Origin: Candidatus Omnitrophota bacterium
GTDB taxonomy: Bacteria; Omnitrophota; Gorgyraeia; Gygaellales; Profunditerraquicolaceae
DNA length: 64,000 nt
Assembly: GCA_025453395.1 (NCBI GenBank)
Contig: JALOQK010000001.1
Coordinates: forward strand, 10,244 to 74,243
Direction of reading: 5' to 3'
Shown here one piece after another: positions 27,341 through 36,230 of this stretch; position 1 is the first letter of the stretch; every line of letters starts with the position of its first letter. Below the pieces are notes generated by a model that saw nothing but the letters and a program-made list of their open reading frames with translations, did not search any database and was not told the DNA's origin. Both the position numbers and the translations under genes were made by a program.

Positions 27341-28849
27341 TTAAAAACACAAGTCGCGCTCGCCGTTTTTTATCCGGCGGTGATATTCTTTAAAAGAATT
27401 TAAAATACTGGAAGAAAAATCAGCCGGCACCCTTTTTTCAATTTCGGCGATTTCACGGGCAATCAATCCTTCACCCATCTTCCTGGTATCATCGCTTGCA
27501 AAATCTTCCAGCCATTCCTGAAAAGTCAAAACCGCGTTCAATTTACACAAACACCCCTCTTTGCCGCTTTTTAACATACCCATAATATTATCCCCGGTTC
27601 TTCCGCAGCGGTAACCGGCAGTGCAAAAAGAAGTAATATATCCCATTGACGCCAGATCGCAGATCACCTCATCAAGCGAGCGGCTGTCGCCTAAAATAAA
27701 CTGCTGGATATTTTCCTCCTGCGTGTCCCCGCGTTCGCTGTAGGCTCCGATACCGACTTTGGAAGAAGCATCACGCTGGGTGCACATGGCTATAACTTCC
27801 CGCATCACTGAAGGGTTTTCCCTGCAGGTAACAATCATTCCGGCATAAGGTATAGACAGCCTCAACACTGCGACTAATTTCTTAAAATCTTCATCGCTGA
27901 CCAAGTACCCGGTATTTTTGACAAAAGGGGTATTTGCCGCCGGCTCAAGCCTGGGGAAAGACACGGTGTGCGGGCCAATACCAAAAAAACTTTCCAGGTC
28001 GCGGGCATGAGAAAGTAATCCCATTACTTCAAAGCGCCAATCATAAAGCCCAAACAGCGCTCCGATAGCCACATCATCAATTCCGGCTTCCATTGCCCGG
28101 TGCAAACTATAAAGCCGCCAGAGGTAATCGCCTTTTATGGTCTGCGCGGGATGCACCAGGCTATAAGTCTGGCGATGATAAGTCTCCTGAAAGATCTGGA
28201 AAGTCCCTATCCCCGCGGCTTTGACCTGTTTATAATCTGCGATACTCATAGAAGCGGCATTGACATTTACCCTGCGGATAGCCCCCTCGCCGCGGCGGGC
28301 CTTGACTTTTACCGCGTAAATCTGGCGCATTACTTCACAGATATAATCCGCTCCCGACGCAGGATGCTCACCAAAAACCACAATCAGCCTCTTATGCCCC
28401 AGATTTCCAGCAAGCACTTCTGCTTCTTTGCGCACTTCATCAAGGCTTAATCTCCTGCGCTTAATAACCTGATTCTCCCCGCGAAACCCGCAATAGGCGC
28501 AATTATTCACGCACAAGCTTGAGCAGTAAAGCGGCGCGAAAGTCACTATCCGGTTGTCGTAAACTTTTCTTTTGATGCGCGCGGCAGCCTGGAATATCTG
28601 TTCCCATAAATCTTGGCCTTGCACATTAAGCAAAGCCGCAGTTTCCGCCAACTCAAGTGTCTGAACATCCAAAGCTTTCTGGATAATATCCCGTATCTTG
28701 CCAGGGTCAACATTCCGCTTGGCTTCCAACAAACGCGCAATCTGCGGTTCGTCTATAAAACACCTGCCGCCTTTAAGATATTTGGCGTTCTCTTCTTCCC
28801 TGATCACTTCTTTCTTCCAATTCTTAGCTTGTTCCAGAATATTCTGCAT
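27341..28849 (-). CDS. hydG: [FeFe]-hydrogenase maturase HydG (radical SAM)
   Basis: CVNNCAYC, IRRVNVN, FQETYH, GPHTVSFPR, C-terminal CX5CX19C. Confidence 0.96.
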   Translation of the reverse strand: MQNILEQAKNWKKEVIREEENAKYLKGGRCFIDEPQIARLLEAKRNVDPGKIRDIIQKALDVQTLELAETAALLNVQGQDLWEQIFQAAARIKRKVYDNRIVTFAPLYCSSLCVNNCAYCGFRGENQVIKRRRLSLDEVRKEAEVLAGNLGHKRLIVVFGEHPASGADYICEVMRQIYAVKVKARRGEGAIRRVNVNAASMSIADYKQVKAAGIGTFQIFQETYHRQTYSLVHPAQTIKGDYLWRLYSLHRAMEAGIDDVAIGALFGLYDWRFEVMGLLSHARDLESFFGIGPHTVSFPRLEPAANTPFVKNTGYLVSDEDFKKLVAVLRLSIPYAGMIVTCRENPSVMREVIAMCTQRDASSKVGIGAYSERGDTQEENIQQFILGDSRSLDEVICDLASMGYITSFCTAGYRCGRTGDNIMGMLKSGKEGCLCKLNAVLTFQEWLEDFASDDTRKMGEGLIAREIAEIEKRVPADFSSSILNSFKEYHRRIKNGERDLCF

Positions 28850-28853
28850 ATTT

Positions 28854-29102
28854 TTAAACCTTAGCCAGGGTACTTTTCACGGTCACGCTCTTAAACATCC
28901 CTAACTTTCCGGTCAGTGCTCCGATTTCATCAGTAGTACCGTCCACGATCAGAGTGATCACATTCACTTTGCGTTCATGATAAGGAAAGCCCATTCTGGC
29001 GATGATGATCTTGCCGAATTCAGTTAAGATTTGATTCACTTTAGGCGCTGCTTCTTCTCTTTTTTTGATGATAACTACTACCGCTCCCAAATGTTTTTCC
29101 AT
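28854..29102 (-). CDS. TM1266-family iron-only hydrogenase system putative regulator
   Basis: VNQIL.EFG..IIARMG.PY, DEIGALTGKLG; start MEKHL with AAGGA. Confidence 0.9.
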   Translation of the reverse strand: MEKHLGAVVVIIKKREEAAPKVNQILTEFGKIIIARMGFPYHERKVNVITLIVDGTTDEIGALTGKLGMFKSVTVKSTLAKV

Positions 29103-29129
29103 ATCCATTCCTTTCTTTTGGTTACTAAC

Positions 29130-29229
29130 AAATAAAAACCCCCGAGCCCTAAAAAAACAAAGCTGGGGGTAAAATTTTATTTTCATTACCCCCTCGGATT
29201 CAGAATACCTCCCTGTTCCTCAGGTATAC
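29130..29229 (-). promoter_or_regulatory. structured leader with terminator/antiterminator (candidate cis-regulatory RNA)
   Basis: terminator ACCCCCAGC..GCTCGGGGGT-TTTTATTT; competing GGGGGTAA/TTACCCCC stem; 5' hairpin. Confidence 0.6.
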
Positions 29230-29233
29230 CTTA

Positions 29234-29261
29234 ATTATAGCACTAAAAGAAATATTGTAAA
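29234..29261 (-). promoter_or_regulatory. sigma70 promoter (extended -10) of the hyd maturation operon
   Basis: TTTACA-16 nt-TATAAT with TG at the extended -10 position. Confidence 0.65.
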
Positions 29262-29280
29262 GCTTCCAGAAATAAAAATA

Positions 29281-29338
29281 AAAGGGCGTTTCTATTTCCC
29301 CATCATGAAACCATGTGAAATCATAGAGACGTCCCCCT
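29281..29338. repeat. REP-like palindrome related to 2230-2283
   Basis: AAAGGGCGTTTCTAT...ATAGAGACGTCCCCCT. Confidence 0.6.
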
Positions 29339-29357
29339 GTTATTATAGGAATTAGAT

Positions 29358-29526
29358 TCCGGTTCGGCAGAGCATTTATTTAAGGTACAGCGGCGCATTC
29401 GCTAGGATTACTCCGGTTCGGCAGAGCATTTATTTAAGGTACGGCGCCGCATTCGCTCACTCGGCTTATCGCCTCGTGATGCTCATTGCGGCATCCGTAA
29501 ATTTTTTCTTTGTCAGAAAAAATTTA
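29358..29526. repeat. tRNA 3'-trailer module: two 54-bp units plus hairpins
   Basis: TCCGGTTCGGCAGAGCATTTATTTAAGGTAC at 29358 and 29412; core matches 2408-2453. Confidence 0.85.
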
Positions 29527-29612
29527 CGGAGAGGGAGGGATTCGAACCCTCGGAGCCTTGCGACTCACGTGTTCTCCAGACACGCCCGTTACGACCGCTT
29601 CGGTACCTCTCC
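29527..29612 (-). tRNA. tRNA-Ser(GGA)
   Basis: GGAGAGG stem, CGTGT-CTGGAGA-ACACG arm, long variable arm, GGTTCGAATCC. Confidence 0.93.
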
Positions 29613-31622
29613 TTAATCTTTACGCTTCCAAATTTTCTCTTTATATTGATCCAGCATCCGGTAGGTATTGAAATACGCCCCCGCGCACAAGCAGTTTATC
29701 ATCATATCGATCCAGGGCGAGGAAACATCGACCTGCCCTTTTTTATTGGTCGTATAATAAATCCGCGCCATTTCCCCAAGGGCATCATACAACTGACGAG
29801 AATCTTCATTCATCTTTAAATCATGTTCGTTGCCTATATCCGTACCGTTAAACCTATAACCGAAGATCTTGCCTATCCCCTTATCTTCAGCCTCTACCAC
29901 CCATCCGTCAAGAGTGCTAACTTGAAGCACGCCGTTTAAAATCGCCTTCATGCCGCTTGTGCCGGATGCTTCAAAAGGCGGCAGCGGGTTATTAAGCCAA
30001 ATATCCACGCTTGAAATCAATTTCTTGGCAATAGAAATCCCGTAATTCTCAAGCATAACAATTTTAAAAAGGTCATACGATCCGGAAAGCTGGTCTATTT
30101 TATCAAGCAGCTGATTAATATAGGTAAAACCCAGATTGTCTTTTGGATGAGCTTTCCCGGCGAGGATTACCTGCAAGGGGCCGAATTTCTTGGCGATATC
30201 AATAAGCGCCTGGGCGTCTTGAAGGATCATCCCCGGGCGTTTGTAAGAAGCGATCCTGCGCGCCCAGCAAATAGTTAAAACATCTTTATTAATCTTCCAT
30301 TTCTCAAGCATATTACAGAAATCGGCTTTATTCTCCTGATGCGCCTGCCAGATATCAAAGCGGAAATTCATATCGCTGGCTAATTTCTTGGTTTTATCTA
30401 ATCCCATGGGATTTGCCCTAACATCTCCAATGGATGAAGAATATTTCTCAAGAAGCGCCTTAAATCTATCCGACATCCAGGTGTGAGAATGCACGCCGTT
30501 TGTCACATATTGTACCTTATCCTTATAACGGGGAAACTGCAGATGCATGACTCTTTGATGGCTTAAGGCAACCGCGTTTACTGCCCGGGATGCGTTTATG
30601 GAAAGTAGCGTCAGGTTTACTGTATCGTTATTTTCTTTACCCAATGCCTCTATTAACGCGCAGTCTTCGCTCTTAAGAATCGCGCTTAGATCGCTCACAG
30701 GATAACGGTCATGCCCGGCGGCAACCGGAGTATGGCAGGTATAAACAAAATGCTGGGATAATTCTTTTATTCCGTCGGCAGGGACGCCGCGGGCCCTGCC
30801 CACAAAAGCAAATACCGCGTGGCCTTCATTCATATGATAGGTATTGATCTTATACTTTAATTCATCTACCGCAAGAGCCCCTCCCATACCTAATACGATC
30901 CTCTGCATAATTTGCGCGGTCAGGCTTTCGCTTCTATATAACTGGTCGGTCAAACGGCGAAAACTGCCTTCATTCTCCGGAACATCCGCGTCAAGAAGCA
31001 CCAAAGGTATGACATAATCATGCTTATAGCTATAGACATAATATTTCCAAAGTTTCAAATATAGGTTGCAATTACGTAAAGACACAACAACTTTATTCTT
31101 TAGCGGAACTAGCCCCGGATACGAATGCGCGTGCCAATGCATTGCCTCGGGGAACTGGCCGTATTTAAAAAAGAACCTCTGGCGGAAATATCCGGTATTC
31201 CATAATATCCCCACTCCCACCGCCGGAAGATGATAATCCGCCATAGTCTTTAAAGTATCCCCTGCTAAAACCCCCAATCCTCCGCTATATATGGGAAGAT
31301 CCTCCAGGGAATCCAGTTTCAAAGTGAAAAAATAATCTGCCAAGCGGTAATTGGAGAAAACTTCGTGCTCTGCGACTTTATTCCTGGAATCAGTTAAACG
31401 CACAGACTGGAACCTATTATAAAAACTTGTTGCCAGGCCGTATTCCATGGAAAAATAGGCCAGAGGATTTTCTTTCTCTGATCTTAGGCGCTTCTCGGCT
31501 TCTATAATAGAGCCTAGCGGAAACCCGAAATATTTACCGTCTTTTATATCAACGCTGTAAATATTATCAAAATCATCCACCTCTACCAATGATAGAAATT
31601 CTTCTAACTGCTTGTCTGGCAT
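29613..31622 (-). CDS. glgP: alpha-glucan (glycogen) phosphorylase, GT35
   Basis: YSGGLGVLAGD, HMNEGH, TCHTP, TNGVH, ARR..YKR, AGKAHP, EASGTSGMK. Confidence 0.9.
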   Translation of the reverse strand: MPDKQLEEFLSLVEVDDFDNIYSVDIKDGKYFGFPLGSIIEAEKRLRSEKENPLAYFSMEYGLATSFYNRFQSVRLTDSRNKVAEHEVFSNYRLADYFFTLKLDSLEDLPIYSGGLGVLAGDTLKTMADYHLPAVGVGILWNTGYFRQRFFFKYGQFPEAMHWHAHSYPGLVPLKNKVVVSLRNCNLYLKLWKYYVYSYKHDYVIPLVLLDADVPENEGSFRRLTDQLYRSESLTAQIMQRIVLGMGGALAVDELKYKINTYHMNEGHAVFAFVGRARGVPADGIKELSQHFVYTCHTPVAAGHDRYPVSDLSAILKSEDCALIEALGKENNDTVNLTLLSINASRAVNAVALSHQRVMHLQFPRYKDKVQYVTNGVHSHTWMSDRFKALLEKYSSSIGDVRANPMGLDKTKKLASDMNFRFDIWQAHQENKADFCNMLEKWKINKDVLTICWARRIASYKRPGMILQDAQALIDIAKKFGPLQVILAGKAHPKDNLGFTYINQLLDKIDQLSGSYDLFKIVMLENYGISIAKKLISSVDIWLNNPLPPFEASGTSGMKAILNGVLQVSTLDGWVVEAEDKGIGKIFGYRFNGTDIGNEHDLKMNEDSRQLYDALGEMARIYYTTNKKGQVDVSSPWIDMMINCLCAGAYFNTYRMLDQYKEKIWKRKD

Positions 31623-31700
31623 GTTTATACTAAACTCCTTTTTAACATTATAACACGTTATCTTATTTACGCTATATACTTAACTATGCAAAGGCTAAAA

Positions 31701-31787
31701 CGGTGGGGCAGGGATTCGAACCCTGGGTGGACTTGCGCCCACAACAGTTTTCAAGACTGCCGCTTTCAACCGCTCAGCCACCCCACC
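31701..31787 (-). tRNA. tRNA-Ser(TGA)
   Basis: GGTGGGG/CCCCACC stem, GCAGT-CTTGAAA-ACTGT arm, long variable arm. Confidence 0.95.
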
Positions 31788-31803
31788 AGAATTTCCTATA
31801 ATC

Positions 31804-32088
31804 CTAACTATTCCAAAAGAAAATCAAGATCCCCAAGCCGCACAACACGCACACCGCTGCAAATATAATCTTGTGCCGCAAAAGCCAGTGATGAAAAACG
31901 TAAACATTCTTCTCTAAAGCGGGAAAGGAGATTTTTCTTATGCCGCCGACTTCTTTAGAGAGCCGGCTTTCTAATCTTTCATAATCCTCTGCCCTGAGAA
32001 GCAGAAAAAACGACCCGCCGATAAGAATAAAAAAACTCAATGATATCTGAAAAACTTTGAAAAGATTTACAATAACTTCATTGTCCAT
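31804..32088 (-). CDS. small two-TM membrane protein
   Basis: GAGGAGG RBS; two hydrophobic helices. Confidence 0.7.
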   Translation of the reverse strand: MDNEVIVNLFKVFQISLSFFILIGGSFFLLLRAEDYERLESRLSKEVGGIRKISFPALEKNVYVFHHWLLRHKIIFAAVCVLCGLGILIFFWNS

Positions 32089-32149
32089 ACATGCCCTCCT
32101 CGTAAAATAGTTTTAATCCCCGAATACTCAAACTTTTTAACATATAAAA

Positions 32150-32416
32150 ATTAAGGTGCGGCGCCGAAACCAGTCTATCGCAGACACTACGCTCGCTACG
32201 GACCTTGTCGGGCCGTTTAACGTCTGCTAAGATACCAAAACCAGTGGTTTTAGTATCCGCCTTTTGCCGCCAGTGGCGACAACAAAATACTTAACTCGCT
32301 GCTGGCTTTGTCATTAAGGCACTGGTTCGCCAGAGGCTCACCAGTGCCGTTTTTTCTTTTTCTATATGTTTCGAGAAATTATCTTCAGATAATTTCTCGC
32401 ACAAGGAAAGAAAAAA
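32150..32416. repeat. tRNA-Ser(CGA) 3'-trailer of stacked hairpins
   Basis: 32347-32416 nearly identical to 2462-2532; distal TTAAGGTGCGGCGCCG matches the other trailers. Confidence 0.75.
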
Positions 32417-32504
32417 CGGAGAGGGTGAGATTCGAACTCACGTGAGCCTTACGGCCCAACCGCTTTTCGAGAGCGGCCCGTTATGACCACTTCGGTACCT
32501 CTCC
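32417..32504 (-). tRNA. tRNA-Ser(CGA)
   Basis: GGAGAGG stem, CCGCT-CTCGAAA-AGCGG arm, long variable arm, GTTCGAATC. Confidence 0.95.
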
Positions 32505-32506
32505 TT

Positions 32507-32683
32507 GAGCACAAGAATCTTTTATCTAGCGAAACTTCGCGAAGCGAAGTAAGAGCACAAGAATCTTTTATCTAGCGAAACTTCGCGAAGCGAAGTAAGA
32601 GCACAGTAAGAGCACAAGAATCTTTTATCCAGCGAAACTTCGCGAAGCGAAGTACGAGCACAAGAATCTTTTATCTAGCGAAA
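32507..32683. repeat. 46-bp tandem repeat (3 full copies plus partials)
   Basis: GAGCACAAGAATCTTTTATCTAGCGAAACTTCGCGAAGCGAAGTAA units. Confidence 0.9.
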
Positions 32684-32815
32684 TACCACCGAATATGCCA
32701 AAATTATGGAACAGAATTTTGGCATATCTTATGAGGTGGTATAATCATAAAACTTAAATTTCAAATAAATTATCACCCGCCAACGCTTTATGGCGGGCAA
32801 AAATCTTTATCTAGC

Positions 32816-33508
32816 TTATTTTCTAAATAGGAAAAGCTGTTCGTAGGCCCTCTGGAAAATAAACCCTGCCCGGTCAAGAAAATTCCTGCAGAAAATCACG
32901 AAATCAAAACCCTTTAAAATAACGCTAAGGCACAAAGAAAGAAGAAAGATATTTATGATATAGATAAGCGAAAACCCAAAAAGGTAATTGGCTTTTAAGG
33001 CATCCTCTTTCTTGGTGCGCAAAGTCTTGGCGGAATAAACAAGATGCAAGCTCAAAGAGAATGCCGCCCAGAAAATAAAATACCCCAACAATCCTTCAAA
33101 CGCCCAGGATAAACAAGCATATAAAACAAGAAGAAGGATTGTATAAACCGGTAAAAGGTACGGCGCGATCCTCACCAGGGGCCTGACAAAAGTAAATATC
33201 CATTCCAGTATTTTCTGCCCGCGGGTGTAAATTTTTGCTGGTTCCCAGACAAAAAGATAAATTAATAAAAAGGCGGCTATCCCCCACCAGAAAATATCCT
33301 GGATTGCGGGATCAACTTGCATAAACTGGCTGTAGAAAGCGCTGGATATGGAATAAACAAAAGGAAGAAGCAATATTCCAAGAATAAATTTGACAAAAAT
33401 AAAAAGCCACTTTGCCCAACCGGAAAGCTTACTTTTAATTTCCGAAGCCATTGGCGAAGGTTCCGGGCCTTCCGCAGGTATATTTTTAAAAAATTCTTTC
33501 TCTGCCAT
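32816..33508 (-). CDS. hypothetical integral membrane protein
   Basis: 230-aa hydrophobic ORF overlapping the serS end; start uncertain. Confidence 0.7.
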   Translation of the reverse strand: MAEKEFFKNIPAEGPEPSPMASEIKSKLSGWAKWLFIFVKFILGILLLPFVYSISSAFYSQFMQVDPAIQDIFWWGIAAFLLIYLFVWEPAKIYTRGQKILEWIFTFVRPLVRIAPYLLPVYTILLLVLYACLSWAFEGLLGYFIFWAAFSLSLHLVYSAKTLRTKKEDALKANYLFGFSLIYIINIFLLSLCLSVILKGFDFVIFCRNFLDRAGFIFQRAYEQLFLFRK

Positions 33509-34754
33509 CGAAATAGGGCCTCAAGTTTTCCGGGATAACGACCGACCCGTCTTTTTGTTGATAATTTTCTAAGATCGCGATAACTGTGCGCGCTAAAGCC
33601 ACCCCTGAACCGTTTAAAGTGTGCACATAATCCAACTTCTTGGTATCCTTGCGCCGGAATTTAATATTGGCGCGGCGGGCCTGGAAATTCTCAAAATTAC
33701 TGCAGCTTGAGACTTCAAACCACTTATCGCTTCCTGCGGCATAAGCCTCTAGATCATAGCACTTGCTGGCGGCGAAACTTACATCCTGCGTGGAAAGAAG
33801 CACCACCCGATACGGCAGGCCTAATAATTGCAAAACCTCCTCGGCATTGCCCACTAATTTTTCCAACTCATCATAGGAATCTTCCGGCTTTACAAATTTA
33901 ACCATCTCTACTTTATCAAACTGATGCACGCGCGATAAACCCTTGGTGTCTTTTCCGTACGAGCCAGCTTCACGGCGAAAACAAGCACTGTAGGCAGCAT
34001 AATAAATAGGGAGATTTTCTTCCTCAAGAATATCATCACGGAAAATATTGGTTACCGGAACTTCTGCTGTGGGGATAAGAAATAAATCATCGTCTTTTAA
34101 TTTATACATATCCTCTTCCAACTTTGGAAGCTGCCCAGTGCCGGTCATCGAAGCGCGATTCACTAAAAACGGCGGGAATATTTCTGTGTATCCGTGTTTC
34201 TTGGTGTGTAAATCAAGCATAAAATTAATAAGCGCTCTTTCAAGCCGCGCGCCTAAGCCTTTATAAAGTATCCAATTTGAACCGGTGATTTTGGTGCCGC
34301 GCGGAAAATCAACGATATCTAATTTTTGGCAGATTTCTGTATGCGGCACAGGTTTAAAGTCGAACTTCGCAGGCTGACCCCAACTTCTTACAATCTTATT
34401 ATTTGAAGCATCGCCTTTGGGCAAAGAAACATGCGGGATATTGGGGATAGTCATGGCGATTTTCTTCATTGCCTCGTCAAGCGAGCGCTCTTCCTGTTCC
34501 AAAGAAGAAATCTTCTCGGAAATTTCTTTCATGGACGCAATCACCGGTTTGGCGTCTTGTTTTTCCTTAAGAAGCCGGCTTATTTCGTCGTTAGCTTTAT
34601 TTCTTTGAGCACGCAAAGATTCCATTTCTGTAGAAATCTTACGGCGGGATTCATCAAGATTTAAGAATTCATCAAGCCCAAGAGATAGATTCCTATCCTT
34701 AAGCGCCTGCCTTACTACATCCGGATTTTCGCGAATAAATTTAATATCTAACAT
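33486..34754 (-). CDS. serS: serine--tRNA ligase
   Basis: [44 protein letters not shown]. Confidence 0.98.
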   Translation of the reverse strand: MLDIKFIRENPDVVRQALKDRNLSLGLDEFLNLDESRRKISTEMESLRAQRNKANDEISRLLKEKQDAKPVIASMKEISEKISSLEQEERSLDEAMKKIAMTIPNIPHVSLPKGDASNNKIVRSWGQPAKFDFKPVPHTEICQKLDIVDFPRGTKITGSNWILYKGLGARLERALINFMLDLHTKKHGYTEIFPPFLVNRASMTGTGQLPKLEEDMYKLKDDDLFLIPTAEVPVTNIFRDDILEEENLPIYYAAYSACFRREAGSYGKDTKGLSRVHQFDKVEMVKFVKPEDSYDELEKLVGNAEEVLQLLGLPYRVVLLSTQDVSFAASKCYDLEAYAAGSDKWFEVSSCSNFENFQARRANIKFRRKDTKKLDYVHTLNGSGVALARTVIAILENYQQKDGSVVIPENLRPYFDGRERIF

Positions 34755-34784
34755 ATTTACTCCCTAACCCTTATCACTTAACCC

Positions 34785-36230
34785 TTAACCCTTAATTACC
34801 CCTAACGGACGCATCCTGCAGACGCGTTTCGCCAAACCTGCCTCATGCACCACGCGCACCACATCATTCACATCCTTATACGCCGCAGGAGCTTCCTCCA
34901 CAATTGTGTCGCGCCCTGAAGCCTTTACAATTATACCCTTGGATTGCAAATCTTTCAATAGGATATCTTTATTTATTAAACGCAAGGCAGATGTGCGGGA
35001 TTTGACTCTACCCGCGCCATGACAAGCAGAGCCAAAGGTTTCGTCCATGGCTTTTTGCGTGCCGAACAAAAGATATGAATTTCTCCCCATATCACCGGGA
35101 ATAATTACCGGCTGGCCAAACTGGCGGTATTTATCCGGCAAGGCGGGATGCCCCGGGCCAAAGGCGCGGGTGGCGCCCTTTCTATGCACACATAAAGCTT
35201 TCTGCTCTTTTCCAACCATGTGTTTCTCTATTTTAGCGATATTATGCGCCACATCATAAAGCAAACGCATGCCTAATTTCTCCCAAGATTTACTAAAGAC
35301 GCGCGCGAAAACTTCCCGGGACAAATGCATCAAACACTGACGATTCGCCCAAGCGTAATTTGCCGCGCATTTCATTGCTCCTAAATAAGCCTTGCCTTCT
35401 TGAGAGTTAACCGGCGCGCAAGCAAGCTGGCGGTCCGGAACAGTAATGGAATATTTTTGCATGCAACCGACCATTTCTCTGGCATAATCATCGCAGATTT
35501 GATAACCAAACCCCCGCGATCCAGAATGAATCATCACAGTTACCTGCCCCAAACGCAATTCCAGCGCGTCGCAAATTTCGCGGTCATAAAGCTGGTCAAT
35601 TACCTGCACTTCCAAAAAATGATTTCCTGAACCCAATGTCCCGGACTGCGATTGCCCTCGTTTATAGGCCTTCTCTGAGACCATATCAGGAAGCGCGCCT
35701 TGCATACATCCGTTTTCTTCAGTATAAATTAAATCCTCATCTATGCCAAAACCCCTTTTCACCGCCCAACCCGCGCCCTTAAGTAATATTTCTTTTTCTT
35801 CTCTGGCGCTTAAGCGGATATCACCTTCAGAGCCCACCCCTGATGGAATATCAGAAAACAAAGCATAGACTAAAGTTTCGAGTTTATCTTTAACTTCATC
35901 ATAATCAAGGTACGTAGTCAAAAGCCTGATGCCGCAATTTATATCATACCCTACCCCTCCGGGAGAAATAACTCCTGCTTCTTCCGGGTCGGTTGCCGCC
36001 ACCCCTCCGATCGGAAAGCCAAAACCCCAGTGTATATCCGGCATGGCCAAAGACGCTCTAACAATCCCCGGCAAGAACGCCACATTTGCCACCTGTTGGA
36101 CAGCTTTATCCTGCAAAATATCCTTAAGAAGTTTTTCATCCGCGTAAATAATGCCCGGCACGCGCATGCCGCCAGTTTTAGGAACGCGCCAGCGAAAATC
36201 GTCAATTTTCTCTAATTTTATTTCAGACAT
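34785..36230 (-). CDS. rtcB: RtcB RNA ligase (archaeal-like long form)
   Basis: MPDIH, DINCG, GSGNHF, HSGSRG, HNIAK, HRKGAT, HGAGR. Confidence 0.97.
   Translation of the reverse strand: MSEIKLEKIDDFRWRVPKTGGMRVPGIIYADEKLLKDILQDKAVQQVANVAFLPGIVRASLAMPDIHWGFGFPIGGVAATDPEEAGVISPGGVGYDINCGIRLLTTYLDYDEVKDKLETLVYALFSDIPSGVGSEGDIRLSAREEKEILLKGAGWAVKRGFGIDEDLIYTEENGCMQGALPDMVSEKAYKRGQSQSGTLGSGNHFLEVQVIDQLYDREICDALELRLGQVTVMIHSGSRGFGYQICDDYAREMVGCMQKYSITVPDRQLACAPVNSQEGKAYLGAMKCAANYAWANRQCLMHLSREVFARVFSKSWEKLGMRLLYDVAHNIAKIEKHMVGKEQKALCVHRKGATRAFGPGHPALPDKYRQFGQPVIIPGDMGRNSYLLFGTQKAMDETFGSACHGAGRVKSRTSALRLINKDILLKDLQSKGIIVKASGRDTIVEEAPAAYKDVNDVVRVVHEAGLAKRVCRMRPLGVIKG

Noticed and set aside
27341-28849. 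thiH or bioB
   Set aside because: C-terminal auxiliary cluster motif, GPHT His and hydF context indicate HydG.
31701-31787. Selenocysteine or suppressor tRNA
   Set aside because: Anticodon is TGA (reads UCA, Ser), not TCA; normal 7-bp acceptor stem.
32507-32683. CRISPR array (also 2624-2735)
   Set aside because: Units are contiguous with no unique spacers, and no cas genes are in the window.
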